From assembly GCA_037379345.1 (NCBI GenBank), contig CM074518.1:29946001-30010000 (forward strand): a stretch of DNA of 64,000 nt, given 5' to 3'. The notes beneath the pieces were generated by a model that was given only the letters and a program-made list of their open reading frames with translations, was not told where the DNA came from and searched no databases. The stretch comes from Perna viridis. Lineage: Eukaryota. This document shows, in pieces, positions 51,134 through 64,000 of this stretch (the first letter of the stretch is position 1; every line of letters starts with the position of its first letter). The translations under genes and the position numbers were made by a program.

Positions 51134-54100
51134 TTAAGCCGTCATTCAGATTTGATGTATAAATAATAAAATTGTGAATTTATTGAAGCTATATAAATTA
51201 TGTATGAAAATTTTAATATATTATTTTATTTCTTTACTGGTATTACTATTATTAAACTTACGAAAACATTTCTATAATACATTTTGTTTATGTACATCAC
51301 TGAAGGTTTATCATCTAATCATCAATTGTAGCAGTATTCTCATTTTTTAATTAATTTATTGTTTTAATTCATTTCTTTATTCTCTCAGACTAAATAATAA
51401 TGGTACAGAGAAACCTTGTGTTATAAAGTATTGCAACAAACATTCATATACATTCAGTAATGTAAATAAAATTGGTCCAAAGATTCATTTGTTTTGGAGT
51501 GGGGGTTGTCGGATAGGAAATAGTCTGTTATGTACACTCACTGGCACTAATATACCTCTGCATACTGGTTGTGAAATTTTGGATAAGAATAATCCTTGTG
51601 AAACAGAATTTTTTAATATAATTATGAAAAAAAAATCTTTCAGTGAGTTAACCTTTTGAATTCACATGTAACCCAAAATCTGCATTTTCATGATACATGT
51701 TTTAAATGATGGTATTAGATGCTAAAACATGTACATACATGTATATATAAGAAGTCACGTATCAGCATCAGGTAACATTCCAACAATCTTTTATTTGAAA
51801 TTCAATCATGACTTTTATCATATTCTTATATTTGTTATTGGTGTGTATGATTGTTGATTAAACACAAATCTAGATTTTTTTTTCATATTGAAGTACATGT
51901 ATACTGATAACTTGTGCAGACCACTTTCCTTCAAGCTTGCACATCTGTCATGTATTAGTGAAGTGAAAAAAAATAATGTCAGTTTTAACCATAGATTGTT
52001 CAATTCAATACTTACTCTTTGAGGTTGAATTTCTTAATAAATTGACCAAAGATATTTTATTTTTAGAATTTCATATTGAATTTAGTCATGTCCATGTTAA
52101 ACTGGAAAAACTTAAAATAATTCAAAGGGAAATCATTTATGACTTTATTTGCAACATTAAAAAGTGGATAAACCTAGGTTTAACATATAACATTGTTCAA
52201 TAGTTATTAATGAATTTTTCTTCAAATGTATCTTTTATGGCAGTATTTGTTTAGAGATAGAAATTGCTGAACATTAATTATCATTGTGAATTGACTGCAT
52301 TGCAGGTCAGGTCTTTCTTCATTTTTTTATGCATTTAAATTGCTATGGTTACAAGTGGTAACTGCCTTAAATCCATGGAGATGCTTATGATAAGTGATTT
52401 GTGCATATCTTATCTCACAAATGTTTTGTTTTTGGTAGGCCTCGTAAAAACTGTATTTGACAATAACAGTGCATATGAAAGTTGGTATTTGGAAATATTA
52501 ACACTTAAAGTTCTAGTAACTTTCTTCTTTAGAAAAGTACAGAAAAATTGTCCACCAGAATTTTTATACTAAAACCAGTTAAAAATTATTTCACAATATG
52601 TGCCAGACCCTAGAAAATGGACACAAGAAGAGTTATTTATGGGATATAACAAATGTATATTTGAACAGTTATATTGATTATATGTAGATTAATTAATCAC
52701 ATCATATTTGACTTTTAGATAGACCCATATTTGCATTTAATGCATTTGCAATATGTGTAAATAAATGTTGTATTCCACCTTTTTAATTTTTGAGAAAATC
52801 GTTGGATATGTAATTTTTGGTCTGCATTTACTCATCTGTCAATCCTTCTATCTGTATTTTTATTGATGGTCTTTTTTTTGAAGATAGGTTAACTTACAAA
52901 ATTTATGGTGAACATGTATGCCATTAAAATAAACCTCCAAAAATATACTGCACTAGGGTAAGTTATGATTGCAGCTCAGGATGTTTTTGCTGCTGTAAAA
53001 CCTTTTTTTGATGGTATTTTTTTATAATTGAAATCGCAAGGCATGGATTACCAGTTAAAATTCTTGGCCTCATTCAATTTGTTTCTAATAAGTCAAATTA
53101 TTCCTATCAGTACACTGTATCCTTAATCTTGAATCTCTAAATTGCAGAGTCCTGATGCATAGAAAATTGAGTTGTCTCTCTTCCATTTTCTTTCATTGTT
53201 AATATGAGCGAGTTTAATATTTCATTGGATTTTGTAGAATACTTGGACAACTAGTTTTTTTTTTTTTTTTATAGTTTGAGTTATTGCCATTGAAAGGCAA
53301 AATATGGTGGTTTTATTTTTTTCCCATTTTCCCCCCAAAAAGTAAATTGGTGAGGTTCACAGCAACACAAAATGTCTTCTGGAAACCACTCTTAACAATG
53401 AACAAAATATTTTGAAATATATTTGTATGATGAACATCACTTACATTTTCTTTTTAAAATTTAACCTATAAGTATTCTCTTATGTTAAGTTTTCTTATAA
53501 TTATATCTGTATATTATTAGCTTGAGAAAATAACTCTTATCTAAAGCCACAATAAAACATTCTTAATTCTGTGATTTCAAATAAGTAAAAAAAAATTGGT
53601 TGAACACACAATTCTATCAATGAATTTTAGTGGTAATGCTGTCACAATTTTGAAGAAATTGACTAAAACTGGGCAAAAAATGTTAAGAAAAAAATATTTT
53701 GAGGGTGTTGAAAAAAAATCAGGTCGGGAGGGGATGAGAATCTAGGATATTGTTCGTTTGTTGAATTTTATTTATTTATGTTATGTGATCATTGTTGATA
53801 TGTACTGATTTTAATGAAAAATCTTTTCTTCAGTGTTTGTTGTCATTCATTTTCATTCAGAATGTGTAGTAAAGATTGCATAAATATAAAGGGAAATAAA
53901 AAATCTTAACAACACTGAGGGTGCAAAGCAGAGAAATCTCTTACAGAGATTTTTTAGTGGAGCATTTTCTGTTTTATTCTTTTTATAGGACTGCAAAAAA
54001 TTGCAGTTGTGTATTTGTATGGCGCGTGATCGTGGCTGTTTATAGACACTTAGTTTTCATGCAAGAACTTTGGTATTGATTGATCTTTCTAAAATTTCAA

Positions 54101-55614
54101 AACGAGATTCCAAGCCACAAAGGGAAGGTTGGTATTGATTTTAGCAGCAGTTTTAGAATAAAGGGCCAAAAGAGGCCTTAAACAAGCATTTCACAGAATT
54201 TAAATTTATACCTCTATTATAGCAAAGGAATGTCCATGATATTGTTCCACAATATTCTATACCATAATTGTTAGACTTGGATTGATTTTTAAGATTAGAA
54301 CTTGTGGGGCCAGAAGGGGGGGGGGGCGCAATAACATGCATCAATAACTTGGCTAATAGTGAATTGTATTACGAGGTGCCATACTACCAAAGGAAGACTG
54401 TGATTTTTTGGGGGGGTTAAGACTTGAATGTCGTAGAAATCAGGGGTCGAAAATTGGCCTGAAACCAGCATTTTCTTTAGTTGATATAATAATAATTAAT
54501 TGTTTAAAAGTGATTGTTTTTCATATAAATTATGCTTAAAGGTGCCATACCACAAATGGAATACTGGGATTACTTTTAGTGGTTGTGACTTGAGCCAAGT
54601 AAGAATAAGGGGCCAGAACAAACCTTTTTTTTAGTTTTCTGGACGATAACTTGAGTGTCATATCCCCATATGAAGCTTGAGATTGATTTTGCTGGTTTTT
54701 GACTGGAACCATTTAGTTATAATGGCCAAAAAGTGACCGCTTCGGTTCTGGTAAAATATTTATCCGGTGTCAAATATCTAATCGTAGTCAAAATTTCAAA
54801 GCAGTGTCAAGTTTAATTGGTATGTTCATACTTGCCCCAACTCTTCAGGATTTGACCTCTTCGGTCGCATCAAGGTGCGCCTTGTGAATCATTTTATTCT
54901 AACTTTTAAAATTGATTCTGTGCATGGTTAATACGACAATTCAAACACTCTGCTCGTCGGAAACCCTTAGGATTTACAAGACGTTAGAAAACATTTCATT
55001 ATATTCTCAATTGCTTAAAAATATGGATATCCTCGTCTCAAAAGTGAGAAAAAATTATGTCTTTCAGTATACATGTATGTTTTAAGATTCTTTGAAAAAA
55101 GAAGTTTTATTATACCTAATGAATCGCCTCGTCTAACCGTTAGACTTTTCTGCGACAACCTCTATTGGAGGGAATGCTTTAACCGATGTTTGGTATACAT
55201 GTATCTTTTTTGCATGATGACTTGTCCTGGGTCACCTTTTAAAGTTTTCTCGATTATCAGCTTCCAGTTTGCCACTTGTTTGTATGTTCTTATAAAATGC
55301 AGAAAGTTGAGAGGGATATTCTTAGCACAACGTAGCAAGCAATATATTGTTATACTTAATATACAATGAATAAATAAAAAAGTAGAACTAAAATCCATTC
55401 AATGCAACTTACAGTGTATTTTTGCGCAATTAGAGTTTCAAATCTTTGCACATACATTGATATTTTGCTGTCAGGAAGAAGATAGCAGTTTTTGAATTTT
55501 GAGTTATATTCAAGTACTTTCACAATTTTTAGGTCAATTTTTCTAGTTGATTGTATGACTACACATTTCCTACTCATAGGATTTATCCCGTTAATGTCCT
55601 CCTTAGGTGTATGA

Positions 55615-57215
55615 GGGAGGTTCAAAGGAACGAGGATTCGAACCAAAATTAGAAGACATAATCCAGGAATAACGACCAGACAGTGAAGAATGGCACCCAC
55701 AACAAAGAACATGAAAATTGCCAAAAATAATACCGTTACACTACAAAAAAAACTATAAAAGGGACAAAGATCAGACATGGAAAACAAACATAACAAAGAA
55801 CTTAAAGTAACTAAAATAATACATACAAAGTAACAAAATGAAATGAGCAATCCGGACTCAACTAAAAGTATGGACCAGGTGCACCGGTAGGGTAAGCATC
55901 CTCTGGTATTGTGGAAACTCTCGAAGAGTTGCTCATAAATTGTCATGTCTGAGGAAGACGGAATACGACAATATGAACAAATCGGTGCAAATGGATACAA
56001 AATAACGATCCACGAGTTCATGATGACAACCTTAAAATTGTTGAAGTTATGGCTTTAGTCATGTAGCAACGAAAGCCTAAAATATGTAGCTCGGTACAAG
56101 AACTCTGCATCTTTCTGGCATAACGTATGAACTCAGTGTGAACTGAATTCATAGTGTCTGTAGTCCTTTATCTTTATCTAAAGTTCCTCTAATCTAGGAT
56201 TATATTTAGACAAAACGTCATCTATATGACGGAAACTGAGATAAAAGTTTTTGGTTAATCTATGATTGCAATCACTTGGCGTCAGTCGTCGTCGATAACA
56301 ATTTTTCCCCTGAAACTACTGGACCAATTAAAACCATAATTGGAATAGATACATATATCTACTAAACCGTTAGGTTTACCCAAATTTTGACGTGAGATAA
56401 AAGTGTGATGAAATGATGAAATATATCTGTGGCCAAATTTCCGTGTAAATCTGTCAAGGCATGTTTGAGTCATTGCCTTTTTTACTTGTTTTCGCTATAT
56501 TTTTTATATTATTACTTGAAACAAATCTTCTACTCATAATATACTGGGGGAAAAATCCATAAAATTTGGTTTAATTGTTTCTGTGGGTGTCCTGCATAAT
56601 ATGGCGGTTGAGATTCTTGATCTTTGAAAAAAAAACAGGTCACTGTTACTAAAATAGAACATAGGGGGTCAGAAAGCAGTTGTTCGCACATATTTCCTGA
56701 ACCGTTACGTTAAGTCAAATTCTGAGACAGGTAAAAATGTTTAACATAGTATAATTTCTGTGTGATTAAATTTTCGTGCAAATCTGTTAGGCCATGCTGG
56801 AATTATTGACCTTTTACAACATGTTTTTGGCTTTGTTTAATGTTATTACTTTTAACAATTTTGTCCTCAGAAACTACTGAACAGAATTCAATGACTGTTC
56901 AAGTCACTGGTCTGCAGGTATGAGCGTAAGGAATTTTTATCAAAGAAAAGATTGCCCGCTTTAATTTTGTAAACCAGTTGGGCGATCCATGCTCTTTCGA
57001 CCTCTAATTTGTATAAGATGAGATATAAAGATCGATAGCCTATACAAGTGAAGGAATAAGACAGCAATTAAGTAACGGAACACATTTTGTTCCCATTGGA
57101 AGGTCGACCGTCTGTTCAAAAACCACACCGGACAAATATGTTGTCGATAAAAAACATCCAGTATTTTTATAACAATTTCTTCGATACAATTAAAAGATGA
57201 TTTGGAATCGTATTA
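55615..57215 (-). mobile_element. decayed Penelope-like copy interrupted by a HINE insertion
   Basis: 3' UTR and RT remnants 55615-56250; upstream RT remnant (TTGTTCCCATTGGAA) resumes 57010-57215. Confidence 0.7.
56255..57010 (+). mobile_element. HINE-type element, same family as 48941-49838
   Basis: CACTTGGCGTCAGTCGTCGTCG, shared AAATAGAACATAGGGG core, degenerate 3' end. Confidence 0.65.
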
Positions 57216-57371
57216 GTTTCATAAAAAAAATCTCAACTTAAGTTTTCCAAAGTTTTCAAGCATGCTGATTGTAGGGTTGAGGAAATTCTCAATTTGAGAT
57301 TTTTTTTATGAAACCAGAGCTTAAACCATCTTTTATCGATCATCCCAGAGAACAATGTCAGGTGGCAAAAT

Positions 57372-57493
57372 ACCATATGGTGTAAAATTTTCGCGAGGTT
57401 CCAGTTTTCGCTAATATTCGTCGGCTTCGAGGAATCGCGAAAATGAAAGCTCGCGAACTATTAAGTCAGACTAAAATTACCCGCTATGCAGTA
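57372..57493. mobile_element. small MITE-like element with TA..TA ends
   Basis: TACCATA...TGCAGTA ends with internal TTTTCGCG / CGCGAAAA inverted motifs. Confidence 0.45.
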
Positions 57494-57712
57494 TGCGCCT
57501 TTCGATTCGTTTGTTTTCAGGCTTGTTAACAGAAGCGACTCAATAAATTTCAAAAAATGGGAGCCAGCTTCTTATCCAGTGTTTTCCAGTTGTTTTTTTT
57601 TTATATGATCAACCATGCAAACCTTTTAATCAAACAGGACCCCCCCCCCCCCACACACACACACAAATTGGATCCACCTTTTCGCCAAGAAATAGAAGTT
57701 TTAATTTGGTTT

Positions 57713-57715
<3 letters not shown>

Positions 57716-57751
<36 letters not shown>
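57716..57751. repeat. (TA)n microsatellite
   Basis: Read directly. Confidence 0.95.
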
Positions 57752-57753
<2 letters not shown>

Positions 57754-60387
57754 ATTTATGGGCGAAAGATCGCTTCCCAACCCCTTACGTTTGGACATGT
57801 ACACTGCATGACGAACGAAATGCTTTAAAAATTTTCGAGAGAACGAACTTACGTTTCCTGACCTTACAATTATAAGTATAAAGGGCCGGATCCTGACACT
57901 TTGAAAAGGAGGTTCCTCAGAAAAAAAGGGTGATGGTGCTAGGACATTACAAGTTTATATTTGCCATTTTTTGTCATTTTATCAATTAAATGAAAATGAC
58001 AAATCCAATAAAAAGGGGTGCCACCCCTTGCACCCACCTCTGGATCCGCCATATGAACCACATGCTCTTGTCTTGTATAGAGAATCGGTGGGCAATTACG
58101 ACCCAACTACGAAAATCACTTTTCTATCAGGACTGCCATTGTCCGCGTCCTCTGTGATATGAACACTTGCCTCAGGAAAAAAACTTCCTTTTCGTGTACA
58201 TGTACTGTATAAATGGTAATTAATTAACACAAGTGATTTTTTTCCGAGACAAGTGCCCATGGATTATAATTGTTGTCTAATTTAAGGGATGACCATCTGA
58301 TTCTGAAAAGGGGGAGAGTGGTAGTTTTTGCGGCCTGAAAAACTTAGGAAACACATATTCTGGCCTCCACTTCAAAGGAAATGAAAAAAAAATCTGACCT
58401 TAATAATATTTTAATCAGTTTACAGTAAAAATCTAGCCGGAGAGCATTTGGAAATAAAATTTTACATAAATAGGCCAGCGTCTATCTACATAAGTTGGTC
58501 ACGAAGGAAGGTATACTAAGTATCGGTTCAGGTAGAGAACATTTATATATGCAGCCCATGGAAAGTGGAGTTTGAAAATATCGGACTTTTTCATGACTTT
58601 TGAACTAAAGTCTGACTTCCGAACGGTATTTGTGAAACATCTTTAAGTTTTGTGTGGATTTTAATTTATTCCAACAAAAAAGTAAGTACTACATTTCAGT
58701 TAAATACTAATGAATCTAAAAATCGAAGTTCGAGACCATACCAACCCTTCTATAAATCAAATGGCCGATCGATGGCGTTGAACCTCGGAGGTCATGAGAT
58801 ATTTATAGGTACATTAAAAACTTTATATAATCCATTGATGGTAATTTGTACTTTCTGTTTTTTCAAAACGGTTAATTAGTTACAACGGAAATTTTACTTT
58901 GACGATCAATTAGGTGCCAAAATTTAGCAAAAATGAGGAAATTAATAGCTTGAATCCCCCTTTTCAAAGACTTTGATTCTCCATTGCAAACCCTGACTAG
59001 ACAGGATATCTTATAAATGTATTTGTATTATTTCTACACATGTAATGTAGATAGATCCCATATTCTATAGGGTTTACTTTAATAACAGTCAGCTTCATTA
59101 CAGGAATCATGAATCACAATAACTTTGAATGTAAGAATTATGTATTATATTACTGAATTTTATACTCCCAGGTCATCCATTACATATATGACTGAAAAGA
59201 ATTCATACATGTAGAATTCAGATGAACCTCAATGCTGTTCAAACTTTTGCTTGCACTGCAATGAAAGCTGATATGAAGCTGAAGTTTGAAAATAAATATT
59301 TGTAAAATCATATTACTTATACAAGTACAAATGTACAAGGTTTAAATGTGTTGTGTTTCAATAGTTATTAAAGTCACTTTCATACATGTATAAAATAACA
59401 GCAACGTATGCTTCATGACTGTACCATCCAGGAATACAATCTGGAATCCATTAATTGCACCGCAAACTATCACTCTATCAACTGAGATAAAAGATTACTT
59501 CATTGTTATTTTTTTCTGTAGATTTGGTTGGTTACGGTCTTTTATGAATAGTTTTACATAATTTGTTTTGGGGCCTTTTAAAGCTTGCTTAATGGTATGG
59601 GTTTTGTTCATCATTGAAGACCGTGTTGTGACGTCACTTATAGAAGCTTAATCGTTACTTGCTTGGTATTTGTTGAATGACTATCTCATTGGCAATCGTA
59701 CATGGTACATGTATTTAAGTTTTCTACTTATTTGTAACTAGTGAGTGCTAAGTATTTCACTGGTAGAGAGTTCCCACTGCTCGTCAAACAAGCATGTTGT
59801 GTAACGACGATTTAGCTCGGTCATTATATTGTGTTTTTAGTGGGATGTTGCTTCTGTGAGGTAGCACTATGGAACTTAGCCTCAAAATGTCATAATAGTA
59901 GAGTAGTATAAAGAAGGATATTTTCATATAGTAAAACATTTGTTCTGAAATGCAAGAAATAATTGCAATAGGCATTGAAACCACAACCAATCAATGAAAA
60001 AACCCTAAGTTCAAGGGGTAAATATAAAAAATCATAGACATTAAAAATTTGGAAAAAGAATGATTTTTTGTTGCATGTTGAGCTTATCACAATCATGCCA
60101 TGTATTTGTACCAATAATTTACATTGAATGGATCTGAAACCATATTTGAAGTCACAGAGTTGTAATGATCTCCAAACCATTTGCTATTTGCTGACCCATG
60201 ATTAATCCAATACATAACATTTCCGTGTCTAAAATTGACAAAAAATGGTAAATAATATCTTAGCACCACCCTTTTTCTGAGGAACATTGGCTGGCATTCC
60301 TCCTTTTCACATTTGAAATAAAAAAGCAGGAGGATGATATATGAGTTTTTTTTGTAATGCAAAGTAGGATGCAATAGGCAGAAAAAA

Positions 60388-60569
60388 AGTAATCAAGGGA
60401 ACCAAGGTTCTAGCGGTAATCAAAAGAATATATAATCCAGGGACTAAGACCAGACATGGAAAACAGACATACACAACAAAGAACATAAAGTAACTAAATA
60501 ATACGTACAAAGTAACAAAAGCAAAATGAGCAACTCGGACTCCACTGAAAACTGGGAGCATGGACCAGG
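60388..60569 (-). mobile_element. Penelope-like 3' UTR fragment
   Basis: GTAATCAAGGGAACCAAGG...GAGCATGGACCAGG on the plus strand. Confidence 0.85.
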
Positions 60570-61691
60570 CCATAGTTGGAAAACTATACTTAAAAGGTCT
60601 AGGACACCAAATTTGACTCTAGCCCCCCCCCACCCCCCCTTTCCCCCCATCATGGCTAACTATATGTACTTGCATTGTTGAAAATTTTAAATACATGTCT
60701 ACCGTAACGGTGTGAATGTTAATAGTAAATTATTATATAAAGCATGCCGAAACTATTCTAAAAAAAAAAGCAAAAAAACTGGTGTGCATGAAGCTAATAT
60801 TCATTATGTTTCGATTAAGTCTTACAGTCAATGAAATGAACATCTCGTTAGCGAGAACAAAGCGATACTTTTTATATTTCTCGGGTATTTTATCCGAGAG
60901 GAAATATCCGCCATTTTCTAACGGTATGTTTATCTGTTTCCTTCCCCTTTCTTTGTGATATTCCCTAATTACATACACAGGTACATGTAGAAATCTCGGC
61001 CGAGATAATAAAGTTTTCGGAGATAGACCACTACCACACAAACAAAATGCCGGTAAGTCTTGTTTTAAGATATTTCAATACACATGTTTTGTATATGACT
61101 TTAAATAGATTTCGAAATAACTGGTTCTGAATCAGTGGGTGTTTATTAATGGTCTGATTATTAGTCACTTGGAGAGAACGTCCTAATAATTAACCTTAGA
61201 TTGTTATGATCGATCGGCCATATGATTTGAGTATTTGTGTAATATGTACACCAAAACAGAAATGTTGTGTTTCTATGAAAACAACTGACATTGAAAAATA
61301 TATTTTCCTTAGTTATATTCTAATGAGGAAAGCTATCTATCTACGCAGTCAGTTTATAGTTTGAGCTGAAAGGTAAGCAGTTGCATAAAAATGTCGTATA
61401 TTTTAAAATCGTTTCCGGTTTGTTAAAACATCTTCCTTCCAGGGAAAAGGAGGGTGCCAGCCGAGATTCCTTACAAAAAGTGGGGATGCTAGGACATTAT
61501 TTGCCATTTTTGTCAAATTACAAATTTCCCAATAAGAAGGGGGTGTCAACCCCAACACCTTCTCTCTGGATCCGCCATTGATTTCTTTTATACATGTAGA
61601 TGAGCGAATAGCATTTTTTGTATTAAAAGTGCCTTCCATTTCCATGCCAAAATTTGTCAATATTAACTTTAAGTAGTGAAGGATTTATGGA

Positions 61692-62605
61692 AGAGTAATC
61701 AAGGGAACCAAGGTTATAGCGGTAATCAAAAGAATGCAATCCAGGGACATAGACCAGACATGGAAAACAGACATACACAACAAAGAACATAAAGTAACTA
61801 AAATCATACATACAAAAAAAACAAAAGCAAATGAGCAACTCGGACTCCACTAAAAACTGGGAGCATGGACCAGGTGCACCGGTAGTTTAAGCGTCCTCTG
61901 CTTTTCTAGAAACACCCGCCGAGTTGCTCATAAAAAGTCAAGTCCGGGGTAGACAAACGACAAAAGGAAAACTATGACCCGTTGAATAAATCAGTTTTCA
62001 TGGAGCAGATGGATCCACGATTTCATGATGACGACCATAAAACTTCTGTAGTGATGACTTCAATCTTGTAGCAACATAACCCTGTTCCAGAAGCCTATTT
62101 GTTAGAGTTCTAGCGCGATACGAAAAGTCTGCGTAGTTTATGCAAGCTCTGGAATAACGTATGAGTTGTGATATGAACACTCCATACGCAGGTGCTGAAG
62201 GGATGTTGCCACAGATGAAAGGAAAGTTGACAATTTTGAATGAAATGTCATCACGTTTGTCGTATAGTTTGGTCAGTAGTTTTCCTTTACCATCGATTTC
62301 TAAGTGTAGGCCAAGATATGAGGCTGACTTCACAGTGTCTGTAGTATCCTTTATCTCAAGTTCTTTGGGGTAGATGCAATATATCAAATCCCCGAAATTA
62401 GGATTGTTTAAAGATAATACGTCATCTATATAGCGGAAACTGAGATTAAAGGATCTAGCCAAACGATATTCTTTCTTTCGAAGATCAGATCAGCTATAAA
62501 GTCAGCCTCATAAGAGTGAAGAAATAGGTCAGCAAGTAAAGGAGCACGATTTGTTCCCATTGGAATGCCGACCGTTTGTTGAAAAACACGTCCACCACAC
62601 TGGAC
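61692..62605 (-). mobile_element. Penelope-like retroelement, 5'-truncated, best-preserved RT fragment (possibly Naiad-type)
   Basis: QQTVGIPMGTN..PLLADLFL, FRYIDDVLSLNN, LYDKRDD..IVNFP..SQLIRY; frameshifted; RT runs into a 3' UTR ending GATTACTCT with no downstream endonuclease. Confidence 0.85.
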
Positions 62606-62959
62606 GGAGTGTGATTTAAGATTTACTTGTCCCTGTCCTCACAGTGTTACCCATGCACACCCTTAGTCAATATATCATAATGTTATATACAGTTTCAGAT
62701 TCAGAGCTGGGCGTACGTGCGTTGGACCCTTTTTTTTGGAAAATATAAATTTGTAAGTTATGTGCAAAATTTTGTCCTTTTACTTTTTTTGGATCGGAAC
62801 TACCCTTCTGTCCCTCTTTGAAGAAGAATTAGTTATCAGTTTCATCCTTTCTGAACTCCCTTTTTTCTCAGAGGATATAAGATTCAAATAGTAACATGTA
62901 ATTTCCAAATAAAAGCGACATTTAACCACAGCTAGTACCTAACCAATTATAATAACATT

Positions 62960-63340
62960 CCAGTGGCAGATCCAGAGATTTGGGCAAAGGGGGTTTTGTT
63001 CCAAGTGGGTTCTAGAAAAAAGGTGGTTGGAGGCTGTTCACTCTTGTTTTGCCATATTTTGCAGGAAATTAACATCATTTTTCGAAAAAGGCAGGGTTTA
63101 ACCCTCTAAATCCTCAAAGAAGGGCTACTTTATTCAGTAATTTACCACTAGAGAGCACATGCAGTGAGTCTTTTTATCACCTTCATTATATTGTGAAGAA
63201 TGTACAAAGCTGATTCAGAAATTAATAGGGAAGGGATTCAAATCCAAAGACAGGTTAGTCTCATTTGCTAAATTTTCATAATTTTTTTTTAATAAAAGGA
63301 GGGCCCGAGCTCCCAGAACCCTTCCTAGATCCGCCACTGG
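62960..63340. mobile_element. possible MITE
   Basis: CCAGTGGCAGATCCAG ... CTAGATCCGCCACTGG; related GGATCCGCC ends near 58045 and 61570; no target-site duplication found. Confidence 0.4.
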
Positions 63341-64000
63341 CTGTATATATAAACCATTCAATGAATTGCGAGTCATAAATCAAAAGAAGGGAAACTTGAT
63401 GTAAAAAATAATTATTTGGGAGTATAAACTTTTAAGCTTCTCACATTCAGATAATATTTTGAATTGTTAACATATCTAAATGATTGTGTGATATAGTTTA
63501 AAATTGTTTGTTGAGAAAAGCATGTGTGTTTGTGGGGGGATGCAGGTTGGCTGAGGGTCGAGTTCGTTCTTCGAGGTTGACGAGAACTAATGTAAATCCA
63601 TATTAGATAAATGATTGGATCTCAGAACCTGGAAGGTCTAAACCGGGTCTCTATTTTTTTTCATCTAAACCGGAAACTTTTCCAATGAAAAGTGCTCAAG
63701 GTCACTGAATGATTGATTGATCTAATCAAGGTCCTTCGCTCTTTTGTAAATTCCATATATCTTTAGTTATTTAGGAATTGGCAATGATAAAAATTTTGTA
63801 GTTTTCCATGTGCATATTGTTTATTGAGCGATATGCAATAAACAAAATATGCACATGGAAAAATTATATTATTTTTCAATAGACAAATTTGTTTATCATT
63901 GCCAATTCTTATAAATTAATTTTAAAACATATTTTCATTTTTAAACATGAGAAAAGTAGCTCTGAATTTAACTGAATAGGGACGTATCAATATTTTTTTT

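Noticed and set aside
55356-56021. 221-aa ORF, the longest in the track
   Set aside because: Read-through of the T-rich 3' UTR of a decayed retroelement; the same pseudo-peptide (LVESELLICF) appears in ORFs at 8275, 15529, 34926, 60307 and 61623.
61998-62462. Functional reverse transcriptase gene
   Set aside because: 5'-truncated, frameshifted upstream of the ORF, and carries a ~13-bp deletion near the C-terminus relative to the 34978 copy.

Overview
AT-rich, intron-containing eukaryotic DNA; the repeat families suggest a bivalve mollusc (inference). Two intact spliced genes lie head-to-head. One is a 20-exon, ~1005-aa VWA7-like gene on the minus strand (7405-32946): signal peptide, VWA7 N-terminal domain with substituted putative metal ligands, hemicentin-type VWA domain, tandem furin sites, C-terminal transmembrane helix. 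The other is an 8-exon, 363-aa CDC50A/TMEM30A gene on the plus strand (37684-50084). Both models were assembled by hand from GT-AG sites and keep one open frame. The first 5 kb hold four sushi/CCP exons, three of them disabled, partly in a ~1-kb tandem duplication. The rest is repeats: about ten 5'-truncated copies of a Penelope-like retroelement, Helentron-associated (HINE-type) elements, MITEs, SINE relics, an 11 x 73-bp minisatellite and a 154-N gap. The best candidates for something undescribed are a multi-stem, apparently covarying RNA motif in the retroelement 3' UTR, a hairpin-dense non-coding retroposon (14642-15166), and the membrane-anchored VWA7-like protein with a degenerate metal site. 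No database search or folding program was run.
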